Notes under the pieces: model-generated
What the model saw: the letters and a program-made list of their open reading frames with translations, nothing else
What the model was told of the DNA's origin: nothing
Databases searched by the model: none
In this document: positions 10,862 through 21,774 of the stretch, one piece after another
Position numbering within the stretch: the first letter of the stretch is position 1
How the letters are laid out: every line of letters begins with the position of its first letter
Position numbers and translations under genes: made by a program
Assembly: GCA_947625685.1 (NCBI GenBank)
Contig: CANQPK010000004.1
Span: forward strand, 770 to 64,769
DNA length: 64,000 bases
Source: an uncultured Clostridia bacterium
Lineage (GTDB): Bacteria; Bacillota; Clostridia; TANB77; CAG-508
Direction of reading: 5' to 3'

Positions 10862-13075
10862 TTATAATGTAAGCTTTATTCTTCTTAGCCTCAAAGCATT
10901 TAATATAACTGTGATGCTACTTAGCACCATAGCTAAACTTGCTATCATTGGGTTTATAGATATACCAAGTGGTTTAAATAAACCTATTGCTATTGGTATC
11001 ATTAAAAAGTTATAGAAAAATGCCCAAAATAAGTTTTGTTTAATATTTCTCATAGTCTTTTTGCTTATTTTAATTAAATTTATTATACTTTCTAAATCAG
11101 ATCTCGTAAGTATTACTTCTGAAGAGTCCATTGCTATATCAGTTCCAGTATTTACACTTACTCCAATATCTGCTGAAGTTAAAGCTGGGCTATCATTTAT
11201 CCCGTCTCCACACATCATTACAAATTTATTTTCTTCTTTTAATTTTTTTATTGTTTCTGCTTTTTGGCTAGGCATAACATTTGCAATTACTTTAGTTATT
11301 CCTATATTTTTTGCAATGATTGAAGCTGTCTCTTTATTGTCCCCTGTTAGCATTATTGTTTCAATTTTATTTTTGTTTAGATAAGAAATCACTTCTTTTG
11401 CATTTTCTCTTACAATATCGTTTATTCCAATAATTGCAGATACTTTCTTATTTATCACAACATATACTATGCTATTTCCATTTTCAGATAAACTTTTTTC
11501 ATCTTCTAAATAGTTATTTTCTATATTATAATTTGCAAGTAACTTTGAGTTTCCAACTAATATTTCATTTCCTTCTACTTCTGCTTTCAAGCCTAAACCT
11601 GATAAATTTTCAAAATTAGCAGTTTCTATTGGTTTTAAATTTTTTTCTTCCAAATAATCTGTAAATGCTTTTCCAATAGGATGAGTAGATTTTGTTTCTA
11701 TACTTCCAACTATTTGTAATAATTTTTCTTCTTCTATATCGCTATAATTTATAACTTTTGCAATTTTTAATTTTCCATAAGTTAATGTTCCTGTTTTATC
11801 AAATACTATTGTATCAATCTTCTCAGCATTTTCAAGTATTTCACTCTTTTTTACTAATATTCCATTTCCTGCACATAACCCTTCTGAAACGACTATTGCA
11901 AGAGGTGTAGCTAGACCTAAACTACAAGGACAAGCTACAACTAATACAGTAACAAATGTAGTAATTGCCATATCTATTCCTTGACCTAAAACTAAATACA
12001 TGATAAACGTCAAAATTGCAATTATTATTACAACTGGTACAAATACTCCTGATACTTTATCTGCTATTTTTGCAATAGGTGCTTTTGTACCTGCTGCTTC
12101 TACAACCAATCTTACAATTTCAGATATACTAGAATCTCTTCCTATTCTTTCTGCTTCATACTCTATATATCCATCATAGTTTATACTTCCTGCAAGAACT
12201 GTACTTCCTATTTCTTTTATTGCAGGCTTACTTTCTCCAGTTATAAATGATTCATCAAGATGTGCTTTTCCAAATATTATTTTGCCATCTACTGCAATTT
12301 TTTCTCCAGGTCTTGCTATAACTATATCTCCCTTTTTTATTTCATCTAATGTTACTGTTTTTTCTACTCCATTTAACTTTATAACTGCCGAATCTGGAGT
12401 TATTTTTACAAGTTCACCTATTGCTTCTTTTGTTTTATCTTTGCTTATACCATCTAAGTATCTACCAAGCTTTATGAAATATATAACAATTGCAGCTGAT
12501 TCAAAATATAAATTCATAACCAGATGATGATTTCCTTGAAATACCATAAACATATTATATAGACTATATGATAAACTTGCTAATACACCTATTCCAACTA
12601 ATGTATCCATATTTGGTGTTCTATGAATTAAATTTTTATATCCATTTTTTAGGATATCAAATCCGTACCACAAGAATGATATTGTAAGTATAAGTAATGC
12701 TATCATATAATTTGTACTATTTGTGTGTGGATTTAAAAATTCTGGTACAGGAAGATTTATCATATGTCCCATAGAAATATACATAAGAAGTATTGCAAGG
12801 ATAGTATAAATTATAAATTTGATTGTTTCTTTTTTGCTTTTTCCTTCAATCTTTATTTCTTTAAATTCACCTAAAGATTTAAAACCTGCTTGTTTAACAA
12901 ATTCTTCTAAGTCTTGCACATTTAAAATGCTATCATCATATTCGATGCTAGCATTTGCCATTACTAAATTAACTTGAGCTTCCTTTATCCCTTTTTGTTT
13001 ATTTAAATATTTTTCTAGTCCATTAGAACAAGCAGAACATGTCATTCCATCAATGGCTAAAATTATCTTTTTCAT
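10862..13075 (-). CDS. copA: Copper-translocating P1B-type ATPase
   Basis: GMTCSAC HMA domain, TGES, CPC, DKTGT, GDGIND, YN and MVLSS motifs. Confidence 0.92.
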   Translation of the reverse strand: MKKIILAIDGMTCSACSNGLEKYLNKQKGIKEAQVNLVMANASIEYDDSILNVQDLEEFVKQAGFKSLGEFKEIKIEGKSKKETIKFIIYTILAILLMYISMGHMINLPVPEFLNPHTNSTNYMIALLILTISFLWYGFDILKNGYKNLIHRTPNMDTLVGIGVLASLSYSLYNMFMVFQGNHHLVMNLYFESAAIVIYFIKLGRYLDGISKDKTKEAIGELVKITPDSAVIKLNGVEKTVTLDEIKKGDIVIARPGEKIAVDGKIIFGKAHLDESFITGESKPAIKEIGSTVLAGSINYDGYIEYEAERIGRDSSISEIVRLVVEAAGTKAPIAKIADKVSGVFVPVVIIIAILTFIMYLVLGQGIDMAITTFVTVLVVACPCSLGLATPLAIVVSEGLCAGNGILVKKSEILENAEKIDTIVFDKTGTLTYGKLKIAKVINYSDIEEEKLLQIVGSIETKSTHPIGKAFTDYLEEKNLKPIETANFENLSGLGLKAEVEGNEILVGNSKLLANYNIENNYLEDEKSLSENGNSIVYVVINKKVSAIIGINDIVRENAKEVISYLNKNKIETIMLTGDNKETASIIAKNIGITKVIANVMPSQKAETIKKLKEENKFVMMCGDGINDSPALTSADIGVSVNTGTDIAMDSSEVILTRSDLESIINLIKISKKTMRNIKQNLFWAFFYNFLMIPIAIGLFKPLGISINPMIASLAMVLSSITVILNALRLRRIKLTL

Positions 13076-13101
13076 TGTACATGCTCCATTTCTTATATAC
13101 T

Positions 13102-13305
13102 TTATTTTACATCAAAGCCGATGTCTTCTATTTTTTCTTTAATAACACTTTCATCTACTTCTTTACCTAAAGTAACTTTAACAGTTCCATTTTCATGGTT
13201 TGCAACAACATCTTCAACACCGTCTATTGTTTTTAAAGCATTTTGAACTCTGTTTTCACAGCCATTACATACCATACCTTCTACATTTAAAACTAATTCT
13301 TTCAT
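13102..13305 (-). CDS. copZ: Copper chaperone (HMA domain)
   Basis: GMVCNGC motif, RBS AGGAGG before ATG 13305, adjacent to copA. Confidence 0.85.
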   Translation of the reverse strand: MKELVLNVEGMVCNGCENRVQNALKTIDGVEDVVANHENGTVKVTLGKEVDESVIKEKIEDIGFDVK

Positions 13306-13345
13306 AAAATTTCCTCCTCTTTGCATTTTGTTTGATTGCTCTAAC

Positions 13346-13374
13346 AGTATACTACTCTATTCATAGTTTGTCAA
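13346..13374 (-). promoter_or_regulatory. SigmaA-type promoter of copZA
   Basis: TTGACA-N17-TATACT on - strand. Confidence 0.7.
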
Positions 13375-13382
13375 TATTTGGT

Positions 13383-14261
13383 CTAATTATCTACCTTCAT
13401 TTTTTGTTCTTTATTATCATAATCTTCCTTATTATAATCTTCTAGAAAATGATGTGTCATACCAGTTCTTTGACTTCTATAAGAAATAATTGTATCTAGA
13501 TTAACATTTTGTGCACTTCTCATTATATTCATATCTATCTTATTATTTATCTCTCTTAAACTTTTTATTAATTTTTTCATTTCTTCTCTTTTTGAATTGC
13601 CATCAGCATTATCACACATTGTATAATGCTCTGTAAATCTGCATGCACATTGGATAAATTCTAGATTATGCTTTACCTTCCAATTTATTATATCCGCTTC
13701 TTTCACATAATATAATGGCCTTATTAACTCCATCCCCGGATGAGAAGTACTTTTTACTTTTGGCATCATTGTCTGCATTTGTGCACCATAAAGCATTCCC
13801 ATTAATATAGTTTCTATAACATCATCAAAATGATGCCCTAATGCTATTTTATTACAGCCTAGTTCCTGTGCTTTATTGTATAAATAACCTCTTCTCATTC
13901 TTGCACAAACATAGCAAGGATGACTTTCAATATTTACTACACTATTAAAAATATTTGTTTCAAACCTTGTTATTGGAATATTTAAAAGTTCGGCATTTGC
14001 TATTACTTTATTTCTATTTATTTCATTATATCCTGGATCCATAGTTAAAAATACTAAATCAAAATCTATCTTTCCATGTCTTTTTAATTCCTGCATACAT
14101 TTTGCCATAAGCATGGAATCTTTTCCCCCAGATATGCATACTGCAATTTTATCGCCTTCTTGTATCATTTCAAACTCTTTAATTGCTTCTATAAATTTGT
14201 TCCAAATTTTCTTTCTATAACTTGTTATAATACTTCTTTCTACTTCTTTGTATTTCTCCAA
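13383..14261 (-). CDS. ttcA: TtcA-family tRNA 2-thiocytidine synthetase-like PP-loop ATPase
   Basis: SGGKDS PP-loop, CYVCARMRRG, ALGHHFDD, LIRPL. Confidence 0.75.
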   Translation of the reverse strand: MEKYKEVERSIITSYRKKIWNKFIEAIKEFEMIQEGDKIAVCISGGKDSMLMAKCMQELKRHGKIDFDLVFLTMDPGYNEINRNKVIANAELLNIPITRFETNIFNSVVNIESHPCYVCARMRRGYLYNKAQELGCNKIALGHHFDDVIETILMGMLYGAQMQTMMPKVKSTSHPGMELIRPLYYVKEADIINWKVKHNLEFIQCACRFTEHYTMCDNADGNSKREEMKKLIKSLREINNKIDMNIMRSAQNVNLDTIISYRSQRTGMTHHFLEDYNKEDYDNKEQKMKVDN

Positions 14262-14286
14262 TTATATCAATTCTCCTTTAAACCAT

Positions 14287-15003
14287 TTAGCACTTTATTA
14301 TATCTTTAATAACTTCACCTGCAATTATAAGTCCTGCAACAGATGGAACAAATGATATACTTCCTGGCACTTGTTTTTTTGTATTCTGCTGCTCTTCAAT
14401 TTCTATATCTTCATCAATCTTTATTGGTTCTTCTTTTGAATATACAACTTTTAATTTTTCTATTCCTCTTGATTTAAGTTCTTTTCTCATAACCTTAGCA
14501 AGTGGGCATATACTCGTTTTGTATATATCTGTCACTTCAAATTTAGTTGGGTCTAGTTTATTTCCAGTACCCATACTTGAAATTATGGGTATATTTAATT
14601 TATTTGCTCTTACGACTAATTCAATTTTTGCTGTAACTGTATCTATCGCATCAACAATATAATCTACTGTATCGTCAAATATTTCTTTACTTTCTGGCAT
14701 AAAAAATTCCTTATATGTTTTTACATTTGCATTTGGGTTTATTTCTAAAATTCTTTCTTTGCAAACTTCTACTTTATATTTTCCAATTGTTTTTGTTGTT
14801 GCAATTATTTGTCTATTAAGATTAGTTAAACTTACCTTATCATTATCAACTAAAATGAAATTTCCGATACCTGCTCTTGCTAATCCTTCCACGACAAAAG
14901 AGCCTACACCTCCAATGCCAAAAACTGCAACAGTTGCTTTATGTAGGCTTTGTTCTTTTTCTTTTCCAATTAATAATTCTGTCCTTGAAAACTGATTTAG
15001 CAT
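14287..15003 (-). CDS. tcdA: tRNA threonylcarbamoyladenosine dehydratase (ThiF family)
   Basis: FSRTELL, GIGGVGS, TNLNRQ, DAID, CPLAKVMRKEL, GSISFVP. Confidence 0.85.
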   Translation of the reverse strand: MLNQFSRTELLIGKEKEQSLHKATVAVFGIGGVGSFVVEGLARAGIGNFILVDNDKVSLTNLNRQIIATTKTIGKYKVEVCKERILEINPNANVKTYKEFFMPESKEIFDDTVDYIVDAIDTVTAKIELVVRANKLNIPIISSMGTGNKLDPTKFEVTDIYKTSICPLAKVMRKELKSRGIEKLKVVYSKEEPIKIDEDIEIEEQQNTKKQVPGSISFVPSVAGLIIAGEVIKDIIKC

Positions 15004-15019
15004 TTTTACTCCTTGTAAG

Positions 15020-16222
15020 TTAATTTTTTGTATAAACTAATTCTTTATTATTATTAATTTCTACTCTATTTCCTCCATTTGTTTTTTCTGTATGACCGAT
15101 TATGCTACTTTCTATATTAAACCCTTTTGCAATTTCAATGATTTTTTCAGCATCCTCTTTTGTTTCTACAATAATTTCCATACCTATTCCCATGTTAAAT
15201 GTTTGATACATATAATAATCGCTTATATTCTTTGTTTCCTGTATTGCTTTAAATATAGCTGGAGTTTTTATTTTTTGTATATTATCTTTGATGTATGCTA
15301 TATTTTTTCCGAAGTTTATGGATTTTGTTAATCCCCCACCTGAGCAATGAATTATTCCACTTATATTGATATGTTTTTCTTTTATTTTTTGCATTACTGG
15401 TAAAAATGTTCTTGTAGGTGATAAAATAGCTTCTGCTACACTCAAACTCGTTCCTTCTAATTTATCTTCTAAGTGATACTTACCTGTGAATAAATTTTCT
15501 TCTGCCACTGTTTGATCCATCACTTCTTTATATTTACGATAATCTGGATGTAACAATGCATTTATTGCAAGTGTTAATCCATTACTTCTGATTCCTGAAT
15601 TTTCTTTATCTTCATAAGTGCTCTTTCCTGAAGATGCAAGTCCTACAATATATTCTCCAGGTTTAATATTATTACAATCAATTATATCTTTTTTAAGGAT
15701 AGTAGCACAAGCTGTCACATCAATTCCCATAGTTGTTGTATAGCTTCCAACATCTGCTGTCTCTCCTCCGGCGTTAAATAGATTTATTCCTAAATCTTCC
15801 ATTTTTTTAAAAAAGTCTGCATATCCCCCAATAATTTCTGATAGACTATCATCATCTATTCTATTTGCATTTCTAGCAATATGATTTGAAATATATATGT
15901 CGTTTGTAACACCAACACATAGCATATCGTCTGTATTCATAACAACAGCATCTTGTGGCAAGCTTCTTAAAAATTTTTCCCCTAGGCCTTCTTTATATGC
16001 TATATATGCGACATTACTTTTTGTTCCAACACCATCTGAATGGATTATTTGTACATATTTTTCTCTTATTTCTTCTGGCAATGAATTTGAAACAGGAACG
16101 ATTTGGCAAAAAGCACCTGGATATAATCCTTTTGATAGATTTTTTATAGCTTTGTGTACTCCTTCTTTTTTAGATGATACTCCTAAATCTGCATATGGAT
16201 CTTGTTTTGCTTCCTTGCTCAT
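15020..16222 (-). CDS. purM: AIR synthase (PurM-like)
   Basis: DGVGTK, GGETAD, SGIRSNG, TFNMGIGM. Confidence 0.8.
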   Translation of the reverse strand: MSKEAKQDPYADLGVSSKKEGVHKAIKNLSKGLYPGAFCQIVPVSNSLPEEIREKYVQIIHSDGVGTKSNVAYIAYKEGLGEKFLRSLPQDAVVMNTDDMLCVGVTNDIYISNHIARNANRIDDDSLSEIIGGYADFFKKMEDLGINLFNAGGETADVGSYTTTMGIDVTACATILKKDIIDCNNIKPGEYIVGLASSGKSTYEDKENSGIRSNGLTLAINALLHPDYRKYKEVMDQTVAEENLFTGKYHLEDKLEGTSLSVAEAILSPTRTFLPVMQKIKEKHINISGIIHCSGGGLTKSINFGKNIAYIKDNIQKIKTPAIFKAIQETKNISDYYMYQTFNMGIGMEIIVETKEDAEKIIEIAKGFNIESSIIGHTEKTNGGNRVEINNNKELVYTKN

Positions 16223-16238
16223 TAATTACCTCCTAAGA

Positions 16239-17486
16239 TTAATTGTATAATGGATATTTTTCGCAAATTTTTGCAACTCTTGATCTTATTTCATCTTGTT
16301 TATCTTCATAATTTTCTACTGTCATATTTATAAGTTTTGCGATTTCTACCATGTCTTCTTCTCTAAGTCCTCTTGTCGTAACTGCTGGAGTTCCAACTCT
16401 TATTCCACTTGTTATTGTTGGCTTTTCTGTATCAAATGGTACAGCATTTTTATTTACTGTTATTCCGACATTATCTAATCTTGTCTCTAACTCTTTTCCT
16501 GTTATATGTTTACTTCTTAAATCCATTAATATTAAATGATTATCTGTTCCTCCTGATACTAGGTCAAATCCTAGGTTTAATAGCTCTTCAGATAATACTT
16601 TTGCATTCTTTACTATTTGTTTTTGATATTCTTTAAATTCTGGTTTTAGTGCTTCTCCAAAGCAAACTGCTTTTGCTGCTATAACATGCATTAAAGGTCC
16701 ACCTTGTGTTCCTGGGAATATTGCTTTATCAATCTTTTTCGCATATTCTTCTTTGCAAAGTATTAGTCCTCCTCTTGGTCCGCGAAGTGTTTTATGTGTT
16801 GTAGATGTGACTATATCTGCATATTTTACTGGATTTTGATGAAGTCCTGCTGCAACAAGTCCTGCAATATGTGCCATATCTACCATAAAAATACTTCCTA
16901 CTTTATCTGCAATTTTTCTTATTCTTTCAAAATCAATTTCTCTTGGATAAGCACTTGCTCCTGCAAGTATAAGTTTTGGTTTATGTTCTATTGCTAATCT
17001 TTCTAGCTCATCATAATCTATTCTTCCTGTTTCTTTATCTAGTCCATAAGGTATAAAATTATATAATTTTCCTGAGGCATTTACAGGACTTCCATGTGTT
17101 AGATGTCCTCCATGTGATAAATTCATTCCTAAAACTGTATCTCCTACTTCTAATACTGCAAAATATACAGCCATATTTGCTTGAGCTCCAGAGTGTGGTT
17201 GAACATTTGCATGTTCTGCTCCAAATATTTTTTTAACTCTTTCTCTTGCTAAATTTTCTGCAATATCTACATATTCGCATCCTCCATAATATCTTGAAGC
17301 TGGATATCCTTCTGCATATTTATTTGTCATATAACTTCCCATTGCTTCCATTACAGAATTGCTTACAAAATTTTCAGATGCAATTAATTCTATTTTATTT
17401 TGTTGTCTTTTGAGTTCTTTTTGTATTGCTTCATAAACTTCGATGTCTGTTTTCTTTAAATTTTCAAAACTTGGCACATCTATCAC
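16239..17486 (-). CDS. glyA: Serine hydroxymethyltransferase
   Basis: [29 protein letters not shown]. Confidence 0.97.
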   Translation of the reverse strand: MIDVPSFENLKKTDIEVYEAIQKELKRQQNKIELIASENFVSNSVMEAMGSYMTNKYAEGYPASRYYGGCEYVDIAENLARERVKKIFGAEHANVQPHSGAQANMAVYFAVLEVGDTVLGMNLSHGGHLTHGSPVNASGKLYNFIPYGLDKETGRIDYDELERLAIEHKPKLILAGASAYPREIDFERIRKIADKVGSIFMVDMAHIAGLVAAGLHQNPVKYADIVTSTTHKTLRGPRGGLILCKEEYAKKIDKAIFPGTQGGPLMHVIAAKAVCFGEALKPEFKEYQKQIVKNAKVLSEELLNLGFDLVSGGTDNHLILMDLRSKHITGKELETRLDNVGITVNKNAVPFDTEKPTITSGIRVGTPAVTTRGLREEDMVEIAKLINMTVENYEDKQDEIRSRVAKICEKYPLYN

Positions 17487-17558
17487 TCCTTATTTTATTT
17501 ATATGGTTAATTATATAATAAATAAATAATAGTGTAAATAGATTTTAACATAATTTGC

Positions 17559-17594
17559 AAAAACCACACTCATACATTTTGAGTGTGGTTTTTT
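17559..17594 (-). terminator. Intrinsic terminator after ABC permease
   Basis: AAAAACCACACTCA / TGAGTGTGGTTTTTT inverted repeat. Confidence 0.75.
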
Positions 17595-17610
17595 ATTTAT
17601 TAAAAATATT

Positions 17611-20600
17611 CTATTCAACACTTTTTAGGCTTTCTATCATATCTATTTTCTTTAACGAAAAATATGTTGCAATATTAACAATAACTGTAAAGACTACTGT
17701 AATAAGTATTGCATAGACATAACTTATTCCATGTATGATTTTCGGAAATCTTAACATATTAATTTCACAAGTTTCCATTATATAGTAATTTAAGAAATAT
17801 CCAAAAATCAAGCCTAATATTATTCCAATTATTGTTAAAATTATAGTTTCCTTTGCTACATAATTATATACTTCTTTATCATAAAATCCTAAAACTTTAA
17901 TGGTCGCAAGTTCTCTTATTCTTTCACTAATATTTACATTAGCTAAGTTATACAAGACTACAAATGCAAGAAGTCCAGCTGATACAATAAGCACTATAAC
18001 TACATAATTCAAAAGGTTCATCATATTCTCTATCGTTTCTACAAGTGAGGTAATATTGCTAACAGATGCAACTTGTGATTTTTCCATAATCTCGGTAGCT
18101 AGTTTATCTGTTTCTTCTTCTGATAATTCTATATTTTTTGTTAATATTACATTTGTTTCATAATCTTTATCATATAAATTTTCATAAGTTTCCCTTGTCA
18201 TAAATACATAGTGTTGTACATAGTTTTCTATAACATTTGAAACTTTAACTTCTTTCTTATTTTCATCATTGTCTTCTAAAGTTATTATATCTCCTGCTTT
18301 TACATTTAAAAGCTCAGCTGCTTTATCTGTTAAGCATATTTCATTTTCCTGTATTGATATTTTACTCTTTGTTTTTATATCATTTATGTATATAATTCCA
18401 TCAAGTTCGTCTTGGCTTTCTGGTATAATTATTTGCACATCTTCAGAGTTTTCTCCATTATATACTTTTCCAGATGTCATATATGTTTTAGCAAGTTTTT
18501 CTATTCTTTTTTCTTGTTTAAATTCATCTACAATTTTTGTTTTTTCGGATTCTTCTATGTCATCTTTTAAAGTAATTTGCATATCGTACACAAACACATT
18601 CCCGAATTGATTAGGTATCATCTGCATTACAGAATCTTTTAAACCAAATCCAGCTAAAATTAAAGATGTACATCCAAGTATTCCTATAATAGTCATACAA
18701 AATCTTTTTTTGTATCTAAATAAATTTCTTACAGTAACTTTTTTACTGAAATTTAGTCTTTTCCAGATAAATGGAATTTTTTCTAACATTACTCTATTTC
18801 CAGACTTTGGAGCTTTAGGTCTCATAAGTACTGCAGGTTGTTGTTTTAATGCTTTAAATACTGTATATATCGTTGCACCTAGAATGCATACACTTATTAA
18901 AATTAATCCTAACCCGCCAAATAGTAAATTAAACTCTATTTCAATATCAATAAGCTCATACATCATTCCATACATTAACCAGATAATTTTAGGAAGTATA
19001 ACAAATCCTATGCTCATTCCAAGTATTCCACCAATGATACATGCAAGTCCTGCATATATAGCATATTTCAAGGTTATTTGATTTTTGTTATATCCAAGGG
19101 CTTTCAAAGTTCCTATTTGCATCCTTTGTTCTTCTACCATTCTTGTCATAGATGTTAAAGAAATAAGTGTTGCAACTATAAAAAACACAACTGGGAATAC
19201 TCTTCCTATATTTGCAATACTATCTGTATCTTGTATAAAACTTACATATCCTGCATTTGCATTTCTATCTAAAATATACCAAGTTGCATGCTCAATATCA
19301 TTTATTTTTTCTCTTGCATCTTTAAGCTTTTCTTCTGCATCTGCTATTTTTTCATCAAATTCTTTTTTACTTTTATTTAGTTCCGTTTCTCCCTTTTGTA
19401 ATTCTTTTTTTGCCTGTTCTACCTTTTTTGTTGCACTTGCTATTTGGTTATATGTAGTTTCTTTAGTTTTATTTAACTCTTTTTCATTTTTAGAAATTTC
19501 ATTTTTTGCATTTTCTAATTCTTTTTTTGCTTGTTCTAATTCACCCTTTGCTTTTGATATTCCGATTTTCTATTTGCTTAATTCCTTCTTCTACTTCTGT
19601 TTTACTTTTTTCTAAATTACCTATCTGTTCTTCTAAAGCTTTTTTTTGAGTTTCATATACTGCTTTTTGTTCTTCGCTAATATTTTCATCTTGAATAGCA
19701 TTTGTTATGGCTATGTATTGTGTATTTAGTGTTTCTAAACCATTTTTTATCTGTGTTAAATTTTTATCTAATTCTTTTTTATTAGCTTCTGCAGTTTCGA
19801 ATGAAATATTTGCTTCTTTTTCTTTTGTATTTAACTCTTCTTCACCTTTTTTCACTTCGAGTTTTGCTTTTTCTATCTCTTTTTCTGCTTCTTTAAATTC
19901 TGTATCTGCCTTTTGTTTATTAGTCTTTATCTCCACTTCTGCATTTTTAATATCTTGTTTTGCTTTATTCAATTCTTTTTCTGCTTTTGATATTTGTTTT
20001 TCTGCATCAGCTTTTTGATTATTTAATTCCTTCTCTGCATCATTTACTTTGCTTTCTGCTTTTTCTACTAAAGCATCATGTCTTGCTTTTTCTCTTTCTT
20101 CTTTTATTTCTTCTATATCATTTTTTATATTTTCTACATAATCTTCATATTTTTTAGATGAAGTTGTATATTCTTCTGAATTGTTTAGTTTCAAATATAT
20201 ATTTGTATATATATCTTTTGCGTTGACATTATCTTTATTTATATAAATGTAATAATTTACTTTTCCTGCTCCTAAAGTACTTGTTCCTCTGTCTCTTGAA
20301 ATATATAAAGGGCTTTGAACTGTTCCTACAATCGTTAGATTATTCTCATTTAAATATTTTATATCTTCTCCGTCATCATTTGTTGAATCCTCTACTTCTA
20401 CTTTTATTGTGTCTCCTATTTGCTTATTATTTTCAGTTAAAAATTTCTTTTCCACAAGACATTCATTTTTCTTTTCTGGAAGTCTTCCGATTTAGAAGTA
20501 GTGGTTTATTTAAATCTTCAAGTGTTATTATCTTTGTAACTATTTCGCTATTTTCTAATTCAATTTTTCCGTCTTTTTCATAACTACCTAAAACCTCTTG

Positions 20601-20846
20601 GATATTTGAAATTTTACTTAATTCTTTTACATCTTCATCTGTAAGTCCAAGTGTTGAAATAACTTGTATATCATATACATTTTGTTCATCATAATATTTA
20701 TCTATAGTATCTACCATATCTGGAGATGTAGCTCTTATACCTGCAAAAAATCCCACACCTAAAAAAGCCATTAACGCAATGGATATAAATCTTTTATATG
20801 TATTCTTTATTTGTTTTACACTATCTTTTATTAGCGCTTTTTTCAT
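17611..20846 (-). CDS. FtsX/MacB-like ABC permease (about 1077 aa), needs two +1 shifts at CGGA 20486-20489 and 19561-19564
   Basis: Three ORF pieces join. Shift 1 restores GRLPEKKNECLVE. Shift 2 opens GISKAKGELE...TWYILDR...VFPVVFF continuously into ORF 17611..19188. Confidence 0.88.
19561..19564 (-). other. CGG(A) +1 recoding site 2 in ABC permease
   Basis: GAA AAT CGG AAT ; skipping C gives GGA ATA TCA AAA, open to 17611. Confidence 0.8.
20486..20489 (-). other. CGG(A) +1 recoding site 1 in ABC permease
   Basis: CTA AAT CGG AAG ; skipping C gives GGA AGA CTT CCA (GRLP). Confidence 0.82.
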
Positions 20847-20903
20847 ACCTATTTGTTTTTCCTTTCTTAAACTTACATTAAATAGCTTATATAAAGTTTT
20901 TAT

Positions 20904-21605
20904 TTACCATTCAATTTGCTCAACTGGCGTAGGGTTTGTGTTTATTTCTACTTTTTCTGCTTTTCCATTTTTGAAGTATATTATTTTATCAGCCATTGGT
21001 GCTATAGCTGTATTATGTGTGATTATTAATACTGTCATTTTCTCTTTTCTACAAGTATCTTGCAACAATTTTAGTATTTGTTTTCCTGTTTTATAATCCA
21101 ATGCACCAGTTGGCTCATCACAAAGTAAAAGCTTAGGATTTTTTGCTATTGCTCTTGCTATTGCAACTCTTTGTTGTTCTCCTCCAGATAATTGTGATGG
21201 AAAATTGTTTTTTCTATTCTTTAGTCCAACTTTTTCCATTACTTCATCTGGATCTAAAGAATCTTTACATATTTGAGTTGCAAGTTCTACATTTTCCTTT
21301 GCTGTTAGGTTTTGTACTAAATTATAGAACTGAAATACAAAGCCTATATCTTCTCTTCTATATTTTATTAGTTCTTTTCCCTTTAAAGTTGTTACATCTT
21401 TTCCATCTACTAAAACTTTCCCAGAAGTTGCTGTGTCCATTCCTCCTAAAATATTTAATGTTGTTGTCTTTCCAGCTCCTGATGGACCAACTATTACAAC
21501 TAATTCTCCTTTTTCTATTTGAAAATTTGTATGAGATAAAGCATCTATAGTTACTTCTCCCATTTTATATTGTTTATTTACATTTTTAAATTCTATATAT
21601 GACAT
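20904..21605 (-). CDS. ABC transporter ATP-binding protein (LolD/MacB-like)
   Basis: [26 protein letters not shown]. Confidence 0.93.
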   Translation of the reverse strand: MSYIEFKNVNKQYKMGEVTIDALSHTNFQIEKGELVVIVGPSGAGKTTTLNILGGMDTATSGKVLVDGKDVTTLKGKELIKYRREDIGFVFQFYNLVQNLTAKENVELATQICKDSLDPDEVMEKVGLKNRKNNFPSQLSGGEQQRVAIARAIAKNPKLLLCDEPTGALDYKTGKQILKLLQDTCRKEKMTVLIITHNTAIAPMADKIIYFKNGKAEKVEINTNPTPVEQIEW

Positions 21606-21688
21606 AGTTTTCTCCTTTATAAATACTAGAATTTATTATACTACTTTTTTATGCTAAAATCTAGTATTTATGTAAAGTTTTTTGATAG

Positions 21689-21733
21689 AAAAAATAAGTC
21701 ATTTACCTTCACAATAGTAAATGACTTATTTTT
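21689..21733 (-). terminator. Intrinsic terminator after pilin-like gene copy 1
   Basis: AAAAATAAGTCATTTAC / GTAAATGACTTATTTTT inverted repeat. Confidence 0.75.
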
Positions 21734-21774
21734 ATAGTATTCACAATAAATTTTATATTGCTATTTTTCTGTTC

